Shown: positions 41,145 through 55,251 of the stretch, piece after piece
Layout of the letters: the number at the start of each line of letters is the position of its first letter
Numbering within the stretch: the stretch's first letter is position 1
Source: Eledone cirrhosa
Lineage: Eukaryota
Length of the DNA stretch: 64,000 nt
NCBI GenBank assembly: GCA_964016885.1
Contig: OZ024743.1
Location: forward strand, 49,724,001 to 49,788,000
Direction: 5' to 3'
The notes under the pieces: model-generated
Told to the model about the DNA's origin: nothing
The model's database searches: none
What the model saw: only the letters and a program-made list of their open reading frames with translations
Position numbers and translations under genes: made by a program

Positions 41145-42523
41145 CGAGGTTGTGACACCAAGTAACAAGAGAAAACAACATTCAGAAATATACGAAAATA
41201 GATTTTAGAGAATAGAAAATATTTGAGTGGATTTTCTAATGTGATTTAATGCATGACCTCGACTGTGATCTGCAAAGATCGAACGCCAAATTTATAATTT
41301 TAGTTAATGGAATCACATAGATTAAAAGATATAGAAGTGTTGGGAGAATGCTTTAGAGCGTCCATCGATTGGAAACATCTAAGAGAAGATAGAGAATTGG
41401 GAAATATTGTTATTAACTACAGCATCGTAGAGGGTTATAGTCGTAACAACTGATATTAGAGAGCCTTTTGTACTTTAACAGAAACAGCACAGAGAGAATA
41501 AAGTGTTAGTGTTCTATAATATATTCACTTGATGTGTGTAGTTCTTGTAGATATTCTATCAGCATTTGAATGATTGCACTTAGGGTGGCAATGTGATGCC
41601 TCAAGAATCAATTGATGTCTAACTTCAGACATTTTCACTTTAGGAAAACACTTCATTGTCAGATTTCCAATTCTGTTACCAGTATCAACATCACAGAGAT
41701 CTCTTTTAATAATATATCCGAGATTTTCCACTGAAATACCATTATTTGGGAAATTATTTGGGAAACGGAACAACTCTTAACTATTTTCTCTATCTGTAAA
41801 ATCAAACAGAAAATTGAAATAAGACAAACATGTGTGTATTTATTCTATTTATGCCCATATAATGAACATCGTTAAATGTGTAGATCAATGGATAAGTTTC
41901 CAAGTAAGCAGTAATAGATCAAAATCTGGTAGAGAAGACTGTTATGTTTTTATTTGAGTCCCTCTATATAATTGAAATTTTGTTTCTTACGGTTTAGGGG
42001 GCAGTTTCCATGGTCCTTTTTAGGGTCCCGGGACTGAAGGAGGGTCGAAGACATTCACAAATTGTAGATTTATTATCTAACTAAACAATATGATATAGTT
42101 TTCACCAGACTTTTATTTCGTCTAGAGTTGATAAAATAAAGAACTTGTCCAGGGTAGCGAACTGGCGGAATTAATTGAGTGTTAGATGGGGTGCCTTGCG
42201 GTATTTGTTTCGGCTGTTCACACTCAGTACAAATTCCAGCGTAGCCTATTATGTTGATAGAATGTCATCGAGTTTAATGCCACCACTTGGATCTTGGATG
42301 CTTTTAGTGGTGTCCACTTTGTTGCAAGCATTCATGTCGAGTTTCCAGTGCGAGCATATTTTCCTCGCTTCATCAGGGCCGCATTAACTGATGGCGGCGC
42401 CCCTAGGTTTTAAGGTATTTTGGGCAACTTCTGTAGTACTTCAATATTTCACCCCCACCGCAGCAAAAGTAAATAATTTATTTTTAATAACGGGTCTCTA
42501 GTCCCTGTGGGATCTCTATAAAT

Positions 42524-42700
42524 AATTGTTTCTACTTTTGGCACAAGGCCAGCAATTATCCCAGTGCATTACTGGTACTTTATTTTACCGACCCCGTAAG
42601 GATGAAAGATAAAGTTAACCTCGGCTGAATTTGAACTCAGAATGGCAAGGGCCGTAACTCTATGCGTCCGACCCTCTACCGATACTGCCAATCCACCGCC
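42524..42700 (-). mobile_element. SINE family A
   Basis: Same consensus with a small deletion. TSD TCTCTATAAATAAT. Confidence 0.9.
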
Positions 42701-42996
42701 ATAAATCGGTCTCTATAAATAATACGACCATGCCCTCCTTCCTGTCAGTTCTGGAGTTCCTGAAAAAAATAAACAATGGGTAGTGTTCTCTTGACAAATA
42801 ACAAAAAAACGAAAAAAAAAGAAGGTATCACGTTTGACGCTTTATCAATTATTTTATAAACCCCAGAATACAATGGTGGCCTTGGTAGGATTTGAATCAA
42901 AAGTGCAAAGAATAAATATCGCATAACATTTAATCAAACGCTCTAATAACTTAACCAATACGCTCCTTAATGACTTGACATCATTAAAGAAATAAT

Positions 42997-43243
42997 TACG
43001 GGGTCGATAAAATAAAGTACCAGTAATGTACTGGGTAATTGCTGGCCTTGTGCCTAAAGTAGAAACAATCATTAAAGAAATAATTGTTTCTACTATTGGC
43101 ACAAGGCCAGCAATTATCCCAGTATTACTGGTACTTTATTTTATCGACCCCCGTAAGGATGAAAAGTAAAGTTAACCTCGGCGTGATTTGAAATCAGAAT
43201 GCCAAGGGCCGAAACTCTATGCGTCAAAACATGGCGTCCGACC
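42997..43243. mobile_element. Two SINE family A copies tail-to-tail (plus 42997-43069, minus 43082-43243)
   Basis: The 5'-truncated plus copy is flanked by ATCATTAAAGAAATAATT and abuts a minus copy. Confidence 0.85.
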
Positions 43244-43601
43244 AGGTTTCACTATGGAGTTGATTTTTCTTTTGTAATAATTGTCTTCTCTTGTGATCTG
43301 GTTTTATGAATTATATCATCTAATTTCTAATATAGCTGTGTACTGTCATCTCGACATTCTTTCACTTACTATTATATTTCTCCTCTCTCATGTTGTTACA
43401 TATCTGAGTTCTCAAAATGGACACTACCACCCACCAGGGGGCGTTGAGAAGGTCCAGGGGGCGTGGGTAGTGGTGGTAGAGATTTGATATTAAATATCAA
43501 ATACATGCTATATATAATATAGTAAAATAAAAAAATATATGATATTTATACATAGTATATATTATTATTTATTATATATAAATTAACGATTTTATTTAAT
43601 A

Positions 43602-43784
43602 CTAGACCACCCGTGACCCGTTGGGTCACATTCACTTCAAAATATCTTGTTCACTTAAAACTAATTTTTAGATAATTAAAATATACACAGACATGTATAT
43701 AATGTGAAATGAAACTGGAAGGCCCATATATATATACGTGTGTGTATGTATATATATATAAATGTGTGTATGTATACATATATA

Positions 43785-43819
<35 letters not shown>

Positions 43820-44219
43820 GGGTGTCTGTGATCTATATGTACAGGTCATAGACACACACACACATATATACACACACGCTCACATATATTAACAACATAT
43901 ATAACAATATATATAACAACACCACCAGCTCTCTCTCTCTTCCATTTTCCTTCTCTGTCTCCTCCCCCTCTCTCTATATCTCTCTTTCAATCTACTCTCT
44001 CACAACCACTATCTCTTTCTCTTTCTCTGTTTATGAAGGTACCCGGAAAACCCCATATCTCGGGATCCCATGCTCCAATTTACGCGAAATTTGTTTTATT
44101 CCATTTGTATTCCCATTTCAGCGTCAACTTCCTTTCAAAGTATTTTCCCATTATGCACCCTTTTAGCTGTATTACATTACAGACAAGCAAGCAATCTCAG
44201 AGTTTTAGTAGTATATAGA
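43602..44219 (-). mobile_element. Non-autonomous Helitron
   Basis: The minus strand begins TCTATATA and ends with hairpin GTGACCC-AAC-GGGTCAC then GGGTGGTCTAG. Inserted between A and T with no TSD. Confidence 0.8.
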
Positions 44220-44369
44220 TATATTTACAATTTGTGTGTCGGCAGATCTCTGTGGAAACAGGGGTGGAGGCGCTGAGGGTGTTACGTGGCCGTGAGGGTG
44301 GGGGGAAAAAGTTTTTGAACCTCTGTTTTAGACAGACATAACTGCTTGTTACTGCTTTCCTTTCATCAT

Positions 44370-44690
44370 ACCATCGCTATTCACACCCGCTTAAATCATC
44401 GCTATTAATACCCCTTTAAACCATCGCTATTCTAATTAGCCGAGACCATGGCTTTAAACCATCGCTACCCACACCCGCTTTAAACCATCGCTACCCACAC
44501 CCGCTTTAAGTCATCGCTATCCACACCTGCCTTAAGTCATCGCTACCTACACCCGCTTTAAGTCATCTCTATTCACCCACGCTTAAATCAACGCTATTCA
44601 TATCCTTTTAAACCATCGTTATTCACACTAGCTATAAATCATTGCTATTCACACTCACTTAAACCATCGCCATTAACACCCGCATAAATC
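44370..44690. repeat. Degenerate minisatellite of about 26 bp (CCATCGCTATTCACACCCGCTTAAA)
   Basis: CATCGCTA recurs about every 26 bp. Confidence 0.85.
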
Positions 44691-44923
44691 TTCAAAAGTT
44701 TCATACAAGATTTCTTCCTATATATTTCATAATTTCACTAAGGCCTTTGTTTTACGAACACCCCTTGTTTTGTTTATTGTATTAAAACCCCTGTGAACTT
44801 GACAGGAAATCTAGACCAACCTTGACAAGCTGTCAGGTAATTCTATATATAACTCCCTCGCTTATTTCATCAACGTTCTCGTCATAGATAAATATACATA
44901 CATTAAAATTATAAAGCCAGAAG

Positions 44924-44955
<32 letters not shown>

Positions 44956-45037
44956 TATATATATACATATACACACACACACACATATATATATATACAT
45001 ATATACAAACACACACATATATACATACACATAGATA

Positions 45038-45166
<129 letters not shown>

Positions 45167-45623
45167 ATGTATATATATATAGATATATACTATTTCTTCT
45201 CTTTTCCTTTGTCATGAATTACAAAAGCCAATCCCTCATAAATAAAAGCCTAGTTTCTCTCTATATATATTTCTTTTGTATATTTCTTTTGTATATACAT
45301 TTCTTTTGAAAGCAGTCAGCTACAAAGAAACTTTTCTGTTATTAATTCTTTCTATTATGAATGTTGTGGAGAGGTGCAATAAATTTGACACTTGTATTTA
45401 AAATGAGAATTTCAGCGATCTAGCCTATATCTCAATGGTGTCAAACCACTGATAATACAATAGGAAAAACCCAGGAAAGATGAAACACCAGTAAGACTTG
45501 CTGTTGCTATGTAAAGACGTCGGTTCATTAAATAATAAATACCATTGTGAAATAGGAGCAGCACTCTGGAAATTGAGAGACATCAAAACGATCGTCATTG
45601 GTTAACAAAAGAACACACGCACG

Positions 45624-45744
<121 letters not shown>

Positions 45745-45802
45745 TTACACTCACTTACACACACAGAAACATACACACACATAGATATATACATATATAC
45801 AT

Positions 45803-45871
<69 letters not shown>

Positions 45872-45875
<4 letters not shown>

Positions 45876-46235
45876 AACGAGTAGGACCCCGACGACTGGG
45901 TTTCTTCCACCCCCTCTCCCTCTTTCTTCTACTGGCAGGTTCAGCTACCCCTTCCCTCCACAAATTGGCATGATAAAATTATTATGTCTCAACAACAAAC
46001 TTTTGACCAATCCTTGTGACAATCACTTTTACCATATATGGAATTACCCCCTGAGAAGCTCGGCTATTCAAATACCAGGATAAAAATTTTCATTTAGTCC
46101 AGAATTAGCCGTCGAAACGGCTTGAGCTCAGCCGTCGGAGTCCTACTCGTTCCTATTACCCACTCTACTACCCTAAGTATTGAGTACTTTGGTGCGTTAT
46201 GGTCCACCTGGTTCCTCACCACATTTCCTTCGTTA
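45872..46235 (+). mobile_element. (TA)n-embedded hairpin element with about 200 bp of foreign sequence in the left arm
   Basis: TAGGAACGAGTAGGACCCCGACG at 45872, with the right arm and tail at 46097-46235. Confidence 0.78.
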
Positions 46236-46246
46236 TATATATATAT

Positions 46247-48822
46247 GAATATAGACATAGAATATTCGAAAATATTCTGTATGTTTATAATAAACATTTT
46301 GAAGACCTAATCGCTATAGAATAGAATACGTCACGTATTACAATTAGATTCTCGATAAAAGCAAGGGAAGTAATCTACGCGTTTCATTCTAGTTAGAAAT
46401 CATCAGGACTACATATCCAGTGCTTTTATCGAGAATGACACAGCTAGAGACTTATAGAATACTTAGCTGTGTACAGGAACTGGTTTGAAAGAGCGGTTGC
46501 CGGTCCGGCAGAAATTAGAAATTGGAATAAATGCTCTGAAATAGCGATATATATGTGAATATAGACATAGAATATTCGAAAATATTCTGTATGTTTATAA
46601 TAAACATTTTGAAGACCTAATCGCTATAGAATAGAATACGTCACGTATTACAATTAGATTCTCGATAAAAGCAAGGGAAGTAATCTACGCGTTTCATTCT
46701 AGTTAGAAATCATCAGGACTACATATCCAGTGCTTTTATCGAGAATGACACAGCTAGAGACTTATAGAATACTTAGCTGTGTACAGGAACTGGTTTGAAA
46801 GAGCGGTTGCCGGTCCGGCAGAAATTAGAAATTGGAATAAATGCTCTGAAATAGCGATATATATGTGAATATAGACATAGAATATTCGAAAATATTCTGT
46901 ATGTTTATAATAAACATTTTGAAGACCTAATCGCTATAGAATAGAATACGTCACGTATTACAATTAGATTCTCGATAAAAGCAAGGGAAGTAATCTACGC
47001 GTTTCATTCTAGTTAGAAATCATCAGGACTACATATCCAGTGCTTTTATCGAGAATGACACAGCTAGAGACTTATAGAATACTTAGCTGTGTACAGGAAC
47101 TGGTTTGAAAGAGCGGTTGCCGGTCCGGCAGAAATTAGAAATTGGAATAAATGCTCTGAAATAGCGATATATATGTGAATATAGACATAGAATATTCGAA
47201 AATATTCTGTATGTTTATAATAAACATTTTGAAGACCTAATCGCTATAGAATAGAATACGTCACGTATTACAATTAGATTCTCGATAAAAGCAAGGGAAG
47301 TAATCTACGCGTTTCATTCTAGTTAGAAATCATCAGGACTACATATCCAGTGCTTTTATCGAGAATGACACAGCTAGAGACTTATAGAATACTTAGCTGT
47401 GTACAGGAACTGGTTTGAAAGAGCGGTTGCCGGTCCGGCAGAAATTAGAAATTGGAATAAATGCTCTGAAATAGCGATATATATGTGAATATAGACATAG
47501 AATATTCGAAAATATTCTGTATGTTTATATTCTGTATGTCTATATTCACATATATATCGCTATTTCAGAGCATTTATTCCAATTTCTAATTTCTGCCGGA
47601 CCGGCAACCGCTCTTTCAAACCAGTTCCTGTACACAGCTAAGTATTCTATAAGTCTCTAGCTGTGTCATTCTCGATAAAAGCACTGGATATGTAGTCCTG
47701 ATGATTTCTAACTAGAATGAAACGCGTAGATTACTTCCCTTGCTTTTATCGAGAATCTAATTGTAATACGTGACGTATTCTATTCTATAGCGATTAGGTC
47801 TTCAAAATGTTTATTATAAACATACAGAATATTTTCGAATATTCTATGTCTATATTCACATATATATCGCTATTTCAGAGCATTTATTCCAATTTCTAAT
47901 TTCTGCCGGACCGGCAACCGCTCTTTCAAACCAGTTCCTGTACACAGCTAAGTATTCTATAAGTCTCTAGCTGTGTCATTCTCGATAAAAGCACTGGATA
48001 TGTAGTCCTGATGATTTCTAACTAGAATGAAACGCGTAGATTACTTCCCTTGCTTTTATCGAGAATCTAATTGTAATACGTGACGTATTCTATTCTATAG
48101 CGATTAGGTCTTCAAAATGTTTATTATAAACATACAGAATATTTTCGAATATTCTATGTCTATATTCACATATATATCGCTATTTCAGAGCATTTATTCC
48201 AATTTCTAATTTCTGCCGGACCGGCAACCGCTCTTTCAAACCAGTTCCTGTACACAGCTAAGTATTCTATAAGTCTCTAGCTGTGTCATTCTCGATAAAA
48301 GCACTGGATATGTAGTCCTGATGATTTCTAACTAGAATGAAACGCGTAGATTACTTCCCTTGCTTTTATCGAGAATCTAATTGTAATACGTGACGTATTC
48401 TATTCTATAGCGATTAGGTCTTCAAAATGTTTATTATAAACATACAGAATATTTTCGAATATTCTATGTCTATATTCACATATATATCGCTATTTCAGAG
48501 CATTTATTCCAATTTCTAATTTCTGCCGGACCGGCAACCGCTCTTTCAAACCAGTTCCTGTACACAGCTAAGTATTCTATAAGTCTCTAGCTGTGTCATT
48601 CTCGATAAAAGCACTGGATATGTAGTCCTGATGATTTCTAACTAGAATGAAACGCGTAGATTACTTCCCTTGCTTTTATCGAGAATCTAATTGTAATACG
48701 TGACGTATTCTATTCTATAGCGATTAGGTCTTCAAAATGTTTATTATAAACATACAGAATATTTTCGAATATTCTATGTCTATATTCACATATATATCGC
48801 TATTTCAGAGCATTTATTCCAA
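46247..48822. mobile_element. Palindromic array of 310-bp hammerhead-containing units (retrozyme-like), about 4.1 units on each strand
   Basis: ATAGACATAG at 46251, 46561, 46871, 47181 and 47491. Inverted TATATTCACA at 47541, 47851, 48161, 48471 and 48781. Confidence 0.92.
47692..47734 (+). ncRNA. Type I hammerhead ribozyme (also 48002, 48312, 48622 on plus; 46370, 46680, 46990, 47300 on minus)
   Basis: GUAGUC-CUGAUGA-UUUCUA(AC)UAGAAU-GAAA-CGCG-UA|GAUUAC: 6-bp stem I, palindromic stem III ACGCGU and a GUA triplet. Confidence 0.88.
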
Positions 48823-48877
48823 TATATATATATATATTATTACTATTATTATATATATATATATATATTATTACTAT

Positions 48878-48913
<36 letters not shown>

Positions 48914-48918
48914 ACTAT

Positions 48919-48986
<68 letters not shown>

Positions 48987-49060
48987 GATCGAGTATCGAA
49001 AAATCGGCGCACGAGTTCACGATAAACGAAATTCGATATGAGATATATTATATACATTCT

Positions 49061-49163
<103 letters not shown>

Positions 49164-49172
49164 ACATACACA

Positions 49173-49258
<86 letters not shown>

Positions 49259-49901
49259 CATACATACATATATACACACACTTGATAGATTTTATAGACA
49301 AAGCTCTAGAGCAGCTGCAGCTGTCTTGAGTCAAGAGTGTTAGACTGTTCAATGAAATGTCTACAGTCACAAGTGTTGTAATGTTTATTTGGTCAAGACA
49401 TTTGACTCTTAATTATTCATGTCAGTCTAGCTATAAACAAGAGAAGAGCAGTCAGTCATTTTAAAAGCCACAGTAGCAGTATTGTTTAATTAAATATAAC
49501 TTAGTTGTATTACTATCTTTTAATTCATAAATCTAATGTTGACACAGTAGCTGTTTGTAAACCTATATTGAAACATGGAGAAGAGGTGAGGCTGGATTTC
49601 AATGATTCTTTAAGGCTTCTTTTAACATAGAAGTTAACTGTGAATGGTAGTCTTAGGTTTTGTGTATTGGGAGAGGCATTAGTCATCTAAAAACATGTTT
49701 CAACACAAATGATCACCCAATTGACATTTATCTCAAGCAATAAATACAATGATCACCCAAATTGACATTTATCTCAAGCAATAAATACAATTACCGCTCA
49801 ATCAATATTTATCTCAAGCAATAAATACAATTATACTTTGGTAACAAAAAAACATTAATCGTGGAATGTTTTATTTTAAATATATAAGGAAGAACAACTT
49901 G

Positions 49902-50918
49902 TGGTGTAGTGTCACAATACCAATAGCAGACTGTCTCACACCCGACGGGGTGAGGGGGAGATCTCCCACCCACATTAGGGTGGTGTAGTGTCACAATACC
50001 AATAGCAGACTGTCTCACACCCGACGAGGGGAGGGGGAGATCTCCCACCCACATTAGGGTGGTGTCACAATACCAATAGCAGACTGTCTCACACCCGACG
50101 GGGGGGGGGGAGATCTCCCACCCACATTAGGGTGGTGTAGTGTCACAATACCAATAGCAGACTGTCTCACACCCGACGGGGGGAGGGGGAGATCTCCCAC
50201 CCACATTAGGGTGGTGTAGTGTCACAATACCAATAGCAGACTGTCTCACACCCGACGGGGGGAGGGGGAGATCTCCCACCCACATTAGGGTGGTGTCACA
50301 ATACCAATAGCAGACTGTCTCACACCCGACGGGGGGGGGGGGAGATCTCCCACCCACATTAGGGTGGTGTAGTGTCACAATACCAATAGCAGACTGTCTC
50401 ACACCCGACGGGGGGAGGGGGAGATCTCCCACCCACATTAGGGTGGTGTAGTGTCACAATACCAATAGCAGACTGTCTCACACCCGACGGGGGGAGGGGG
50501 AGATCTCCCACCCACATTAGGGTGGTGTAGTGTCACAATACCAATAGCAGACTGTCTCACACCCGACGGGGTGAGGGGGAGATCTCCCACCCACATTAGG
50601 GTGGTGTAGTGTCACAATACCAATAGCAGACTGTCTCACACCCGACGGGGGGGGGGGAGATCTCCCACCCACATTAGGGTGGTGTAGTGTCACAATACCA
50701 ATAGCAGACTGTCTCACACCCGACGGGGGGGGGGGGGATCTCCCACCCACATTAGGGTGGTGTAGTGTCACAATACCAATAGCAGACTGTCTCACACCCG
50801 ACGGGGGGAGGGGGAGATCTCCCACCCACATTAGGGTGGTGTAGTGTCACAATACCAACAGCAGACTGTCTCACACCCGACGGGGGGAGGGGGAGATCTC
50901 CCACCCACATTAGGGTGG
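49902..50918. repeat. Minisatellite of about 79 bp, about 13 units
   Basis: TGGTGTAGTG at 49902 and 49981. The units carry G tracts of variable length. Confidence 0.95.
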
Positions 50919-51109
50919 GTTACAAATGTCTTCTCTTGTGAAAATGGGTATAGCTTTCATTATGTAAAATCTCCCCATTTCGCCTCATTGCATTATAGGG
51001 GCATTTTTGGGGCATTTTATATATAGGGGCAGTTTGGGGGCATTTTACTTCATGGTACACCTCTTTTAGGCTTTTAGGGTTCCGCAGATCTGTATATATA
51101 AGGAAGAAC

Positions 51110-54100
51110 AAGTTGTATATAGTGTCACTATTAATAGCTATAGTGCCACAACAGATGTAGTGTATATAGTGTCACTATTAGTACCTATAGTACCACAATA
51201 GATCTGGTGTATATAGTGTTACTATTAACACCTATAGTACCACAATAGATCTGGTGTATATAGTGTCACTATTAATACCTTTAGTACCACAATAGATCTG
51301 GTGTATATAGTGTCACTATTAATACCTATAGTACCACAATAGATCTGGTGTATATAGTGTTACTATTAACACCTATAGTACCACAATAGATCTGGTGTAT
51401 ATAGTGTTATTACTAATACCTATAGTACCACAATAGATCTGGTGTATATAGTGTCACTACTAATACCTATAGTACCACAATAGATCTGGTGTATATGGTG
51501 TCACTACTAATACCTATAGTACCGCCATAGATCTGGTGTATATAGTGTCACTACTAATACTTATAGTACCACAATAGATCTGGTGTATATAGTGTTACTA
51601 TTAACACCTATAGTACCACAATAGATCTGGTGTATATAGTGTTACTACTAACACCTATAGCACCACAATAGATCTGGTGTATATAGTGTCACTACTAATA
51701 CTTATAGTACCACAATAGATCTGGTGTATATAGTGTTACTATTAACACCTATAGTACCACAATAGATCTGGTGTATATAGTGTCACTACTAATACTTATA
51801 GTACCACAATAGATCTGGTGTATATAGTGTTACTATTAACACCTATAGTACCACAATAGATCTGGTGTATATAGTGTTACTATTAACACCTATAGTACCA
51901 CAATAGATCTGGTGTATATAGTGTCACTATTAATACCTATAGTACCACAATAGATCTGGTGTATATAGTGTTATTACTAATACCTATAGTACCACAATAG
52001 ATCTGGTGTATATAGTGTTACTATTAATACCTATAGTACCGCCATAGATCTGGTGTATATGGTGTCACTACTAATACCTATAGTACCACAATAGATCTGG
52101 TGTATATAGTGTTACTATTAACACCTATAGTACCATAATAGATCTGGTGTATATAGTGTTACTATTAACACCTATAGTACCACAATAGATCTGGTGTATA
52201 TAGTGTTATTACTAATACCTATAGTACCACAATAGATCTGGTGTATATGGTGTCACTACTAATACCTATAGTACCGCCATAGATCTGGTGTATATAGTGT
52301 CACTACTAATACTTATAGTACCACAATAGATCTGGTGTATATAGTGTTACTATTAACACCTATAGTACCACAATAGATCTGGTGTATATAGTGTTACTAT
52401 TAACACCTATAGTACCACAATAGATCTGGTGTATATAGTGTCACTATTAATACCTATAGTACCACAATAGATCTGGTGTATATAGTGTTATTACTAATAC
52501 CTATAGTACCACAATAGATCTGGTGTATATAGTGTTACTATTAATACCTATAGTACCGCCATAGATCTGGTGTATATGGTGTCACTACTAATACCTATAG
52601 TACCACAATAGATCTGGTGTATATAGTGTCACTACTAATACCTATAGTACCACAATAGATCTGGTGTGTATAGTGTCTCTATTAATACCTTTAGTACCAC
52701 AATAGATCTGGTGTATATAGTGTCACTACTAATACCTATAGTACCACAATAGATCTGGTGTATATAGTGTTACTACTAAAACCTTTAGTACCACAATAGA
52801 TCTGGTGTATATAGTGTTACTATTAGTACCTATAGTACCACAATAGATCTGGTGTATATAGTGTCACTACTAATACCTATAGTACCACAATAGATCTGGT
52901 GTATATAGTGTTACTACTAATACCTATAGTACAACAATAGATCTGGTGTATATAGTGTCACTACTAATACCTATAGTACCACAATAGATCTGGTGTATAT
53001 AGTGTCACTACTAATACCTATAGTACCACAATAGATCTGGTGTATATAGTGTTACTACTAATACCTATAGTACAACAATAGATCTGGTGTATATAGTGTC
53101 ACTACTAATACCTATAGTACCACAATAGATCTGGTGTATATAGTGTTACTACTAATACCTATAGTACCACAATAGATCTGGTGTATATAGTGTTATTACT
53201 AATACCTATAGTACCACAATAGATCTGGTGTATATAGTGTCACTACTAATACCTATAGTACCACAATAGATCTGGTGTATATGGTGTCACTACTAATACC
53301 TATAGTACCGCCATAGATCTGGTGTATATAGTGTCACTACTAATACTTATAGTACCACAATAGATCTGGTGTATATAGTGTTACTATTAACACCTATAGT
53401 ACCACAATAGATCTGGTGTATATAGTGTTACTACTAACACCTATAGCACCACAATAGATCTGGTGTATATAGTGTCACTACTAATACTTATAGTACCACA
53501 ATAGATCTGGTGTATATAGTGTTACTATTAACACCTATAGTACCACAATAGATCTGGTGTATATAGTGTCACTACTAATACTTATAGTACCACAATAGAT
53601 CTGGTGTATATAGTGTTACTATTAACACCTATAGTACCACAATAGATCTGGTGTATATAGTGTTACTATTAACACCTATAGTACCACAATAGATCTGGTG
53701 TATATAGTGTCACTATTAATACCTATAGTACCACAATAGATCTGGTGTATATAGTGTTATTACTAATACCTATAGTACCACAATAGATCTGGTGTATATA
53801 GTGTTACTATTAATACCTATAGTACCGCCATAGATCTGGTGTATATGGTGTCACTACTAATACCTATAGTACCACAATAGATCTGGTGTATATAGTGTTA
53901 CTATTAACACCTATAGTACCATAATAGATCTGGTGTATATAGTGTTACTATTAACACCTATAGTACCACAATAGATCTGGTGTATATAGTGTTATTACTA
54001 ATACCTATAGTACCACAATAGATCTGGTGTATATGGTGTCACTACTAATACCTATAGTACCGCCATAGATCTGGTGTATATAGTGTCACTACTAATACTT

Positions 54101-55251
54101 ATAGTACCACAATAGATCTGGTGTATATAGTGTTACTATTAACACCTATAGTACCACAATAGATCTGGTGTATATAGTGTTACTATTAACACCTATAGTA
54201 CCACAATAGATCTGGTGTATATAGTGTCACTATTAATACCTATAGTACCACAATAGATCTGGTGTATATAGTGTTATTACTAATACCTATAGTACCACAA
54301 TAGATCTGGTGTATATAGTGTTACTATTAATACCTATAGTACCGCCATAGATCTGGTGTATATGGTGTCACTACTAATACCTATAGTACCACAATAGATC
54401 TGGTGTATATAGTGTCACTACTAATACCTATAGTACCACAATAGATCTGGTGTGTATAGTGTCTCTATTAATACCTTTAGTACCACAATAGATCTGGTGT
54501 ATATAGTGTCACTACTAATACCTATAGTACCACAATAGATCTGGTGTATATAGTGTTACTACTAAAACCTTTAGTACCACAATAGATCTGGTGTATATAG
54601 TGTTACTATTAGTACCTATAGTACCACAATAGATCTGGTGTATATAGTGTCACTACTAATACCTATAGTACCACAATAGATCTGGTGTATATAGTGTTAC
54701 TACTAATACCTATAGTACAACAATAGATCTGGTGTATATAGTGTCACTACTAATACCTATAGTACCACAATAGATCTGGTGTATATAGTGTCACTACTAA
54801 TACCTATAGTACCACAATAGATCTGGTGTATATAGTGTTACTACTAATACCTATAGTACAACAATAGATCTGGTGTATATAGTGTCACTACTAATACCTA
54901 TAGTACCACAATAGATCTGGTGTATATAGTGTCACTACTAATACCTATAGTACAACAATAGATCTGGTGTATATAGTGTCACTACTAATACCTATAGTAC
55001 CACAATAGATCTGGTGTATATAGTGTTACTACTAATACCTATAGTACAACAATAGATCTGGTGTATATAGTGTCACTACTAATACCTATAGTACCACAAT
55101 AGATCTGGTGTATATGGTGTCACTACTAATACCTATAGTACAACAATAGATCTGGTGTATATAGTGTTACTACTAATACCTATAGTACCACAATAGATCT
55201 GGTGTATATAGTGTTACTATTAGTACCTATAGTACCACAATAGATCTGGTG
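51110..55251. repeat. 47-bp satellite (TAGATCTGGTGTATATAGTGTYACTAYTAAYACCTATAGTACCACAA), about 88 units
   Basis: TAGATC at 51481 and 51528 gives a 47-bp period. Confidence 0.98.

Noticed and set aside
41525-41773. 82-aa ORF as a coding gene
   Set aside because: An in-frame stop lies just upstream, no domain is recognisable, and it is kept only as a possible non-coding exon.
49975-50915. TTAGGG telomeric hexamer in each 79-bp unit
   Set aside because: There is only one hexamer per unit and no tandem telomeric tract.
49902-55251. CRISPR-like regular arrays
   Set aside because: The units are contiguous with no unique spacers, there are no cas genes, and the context is eukaryotic.
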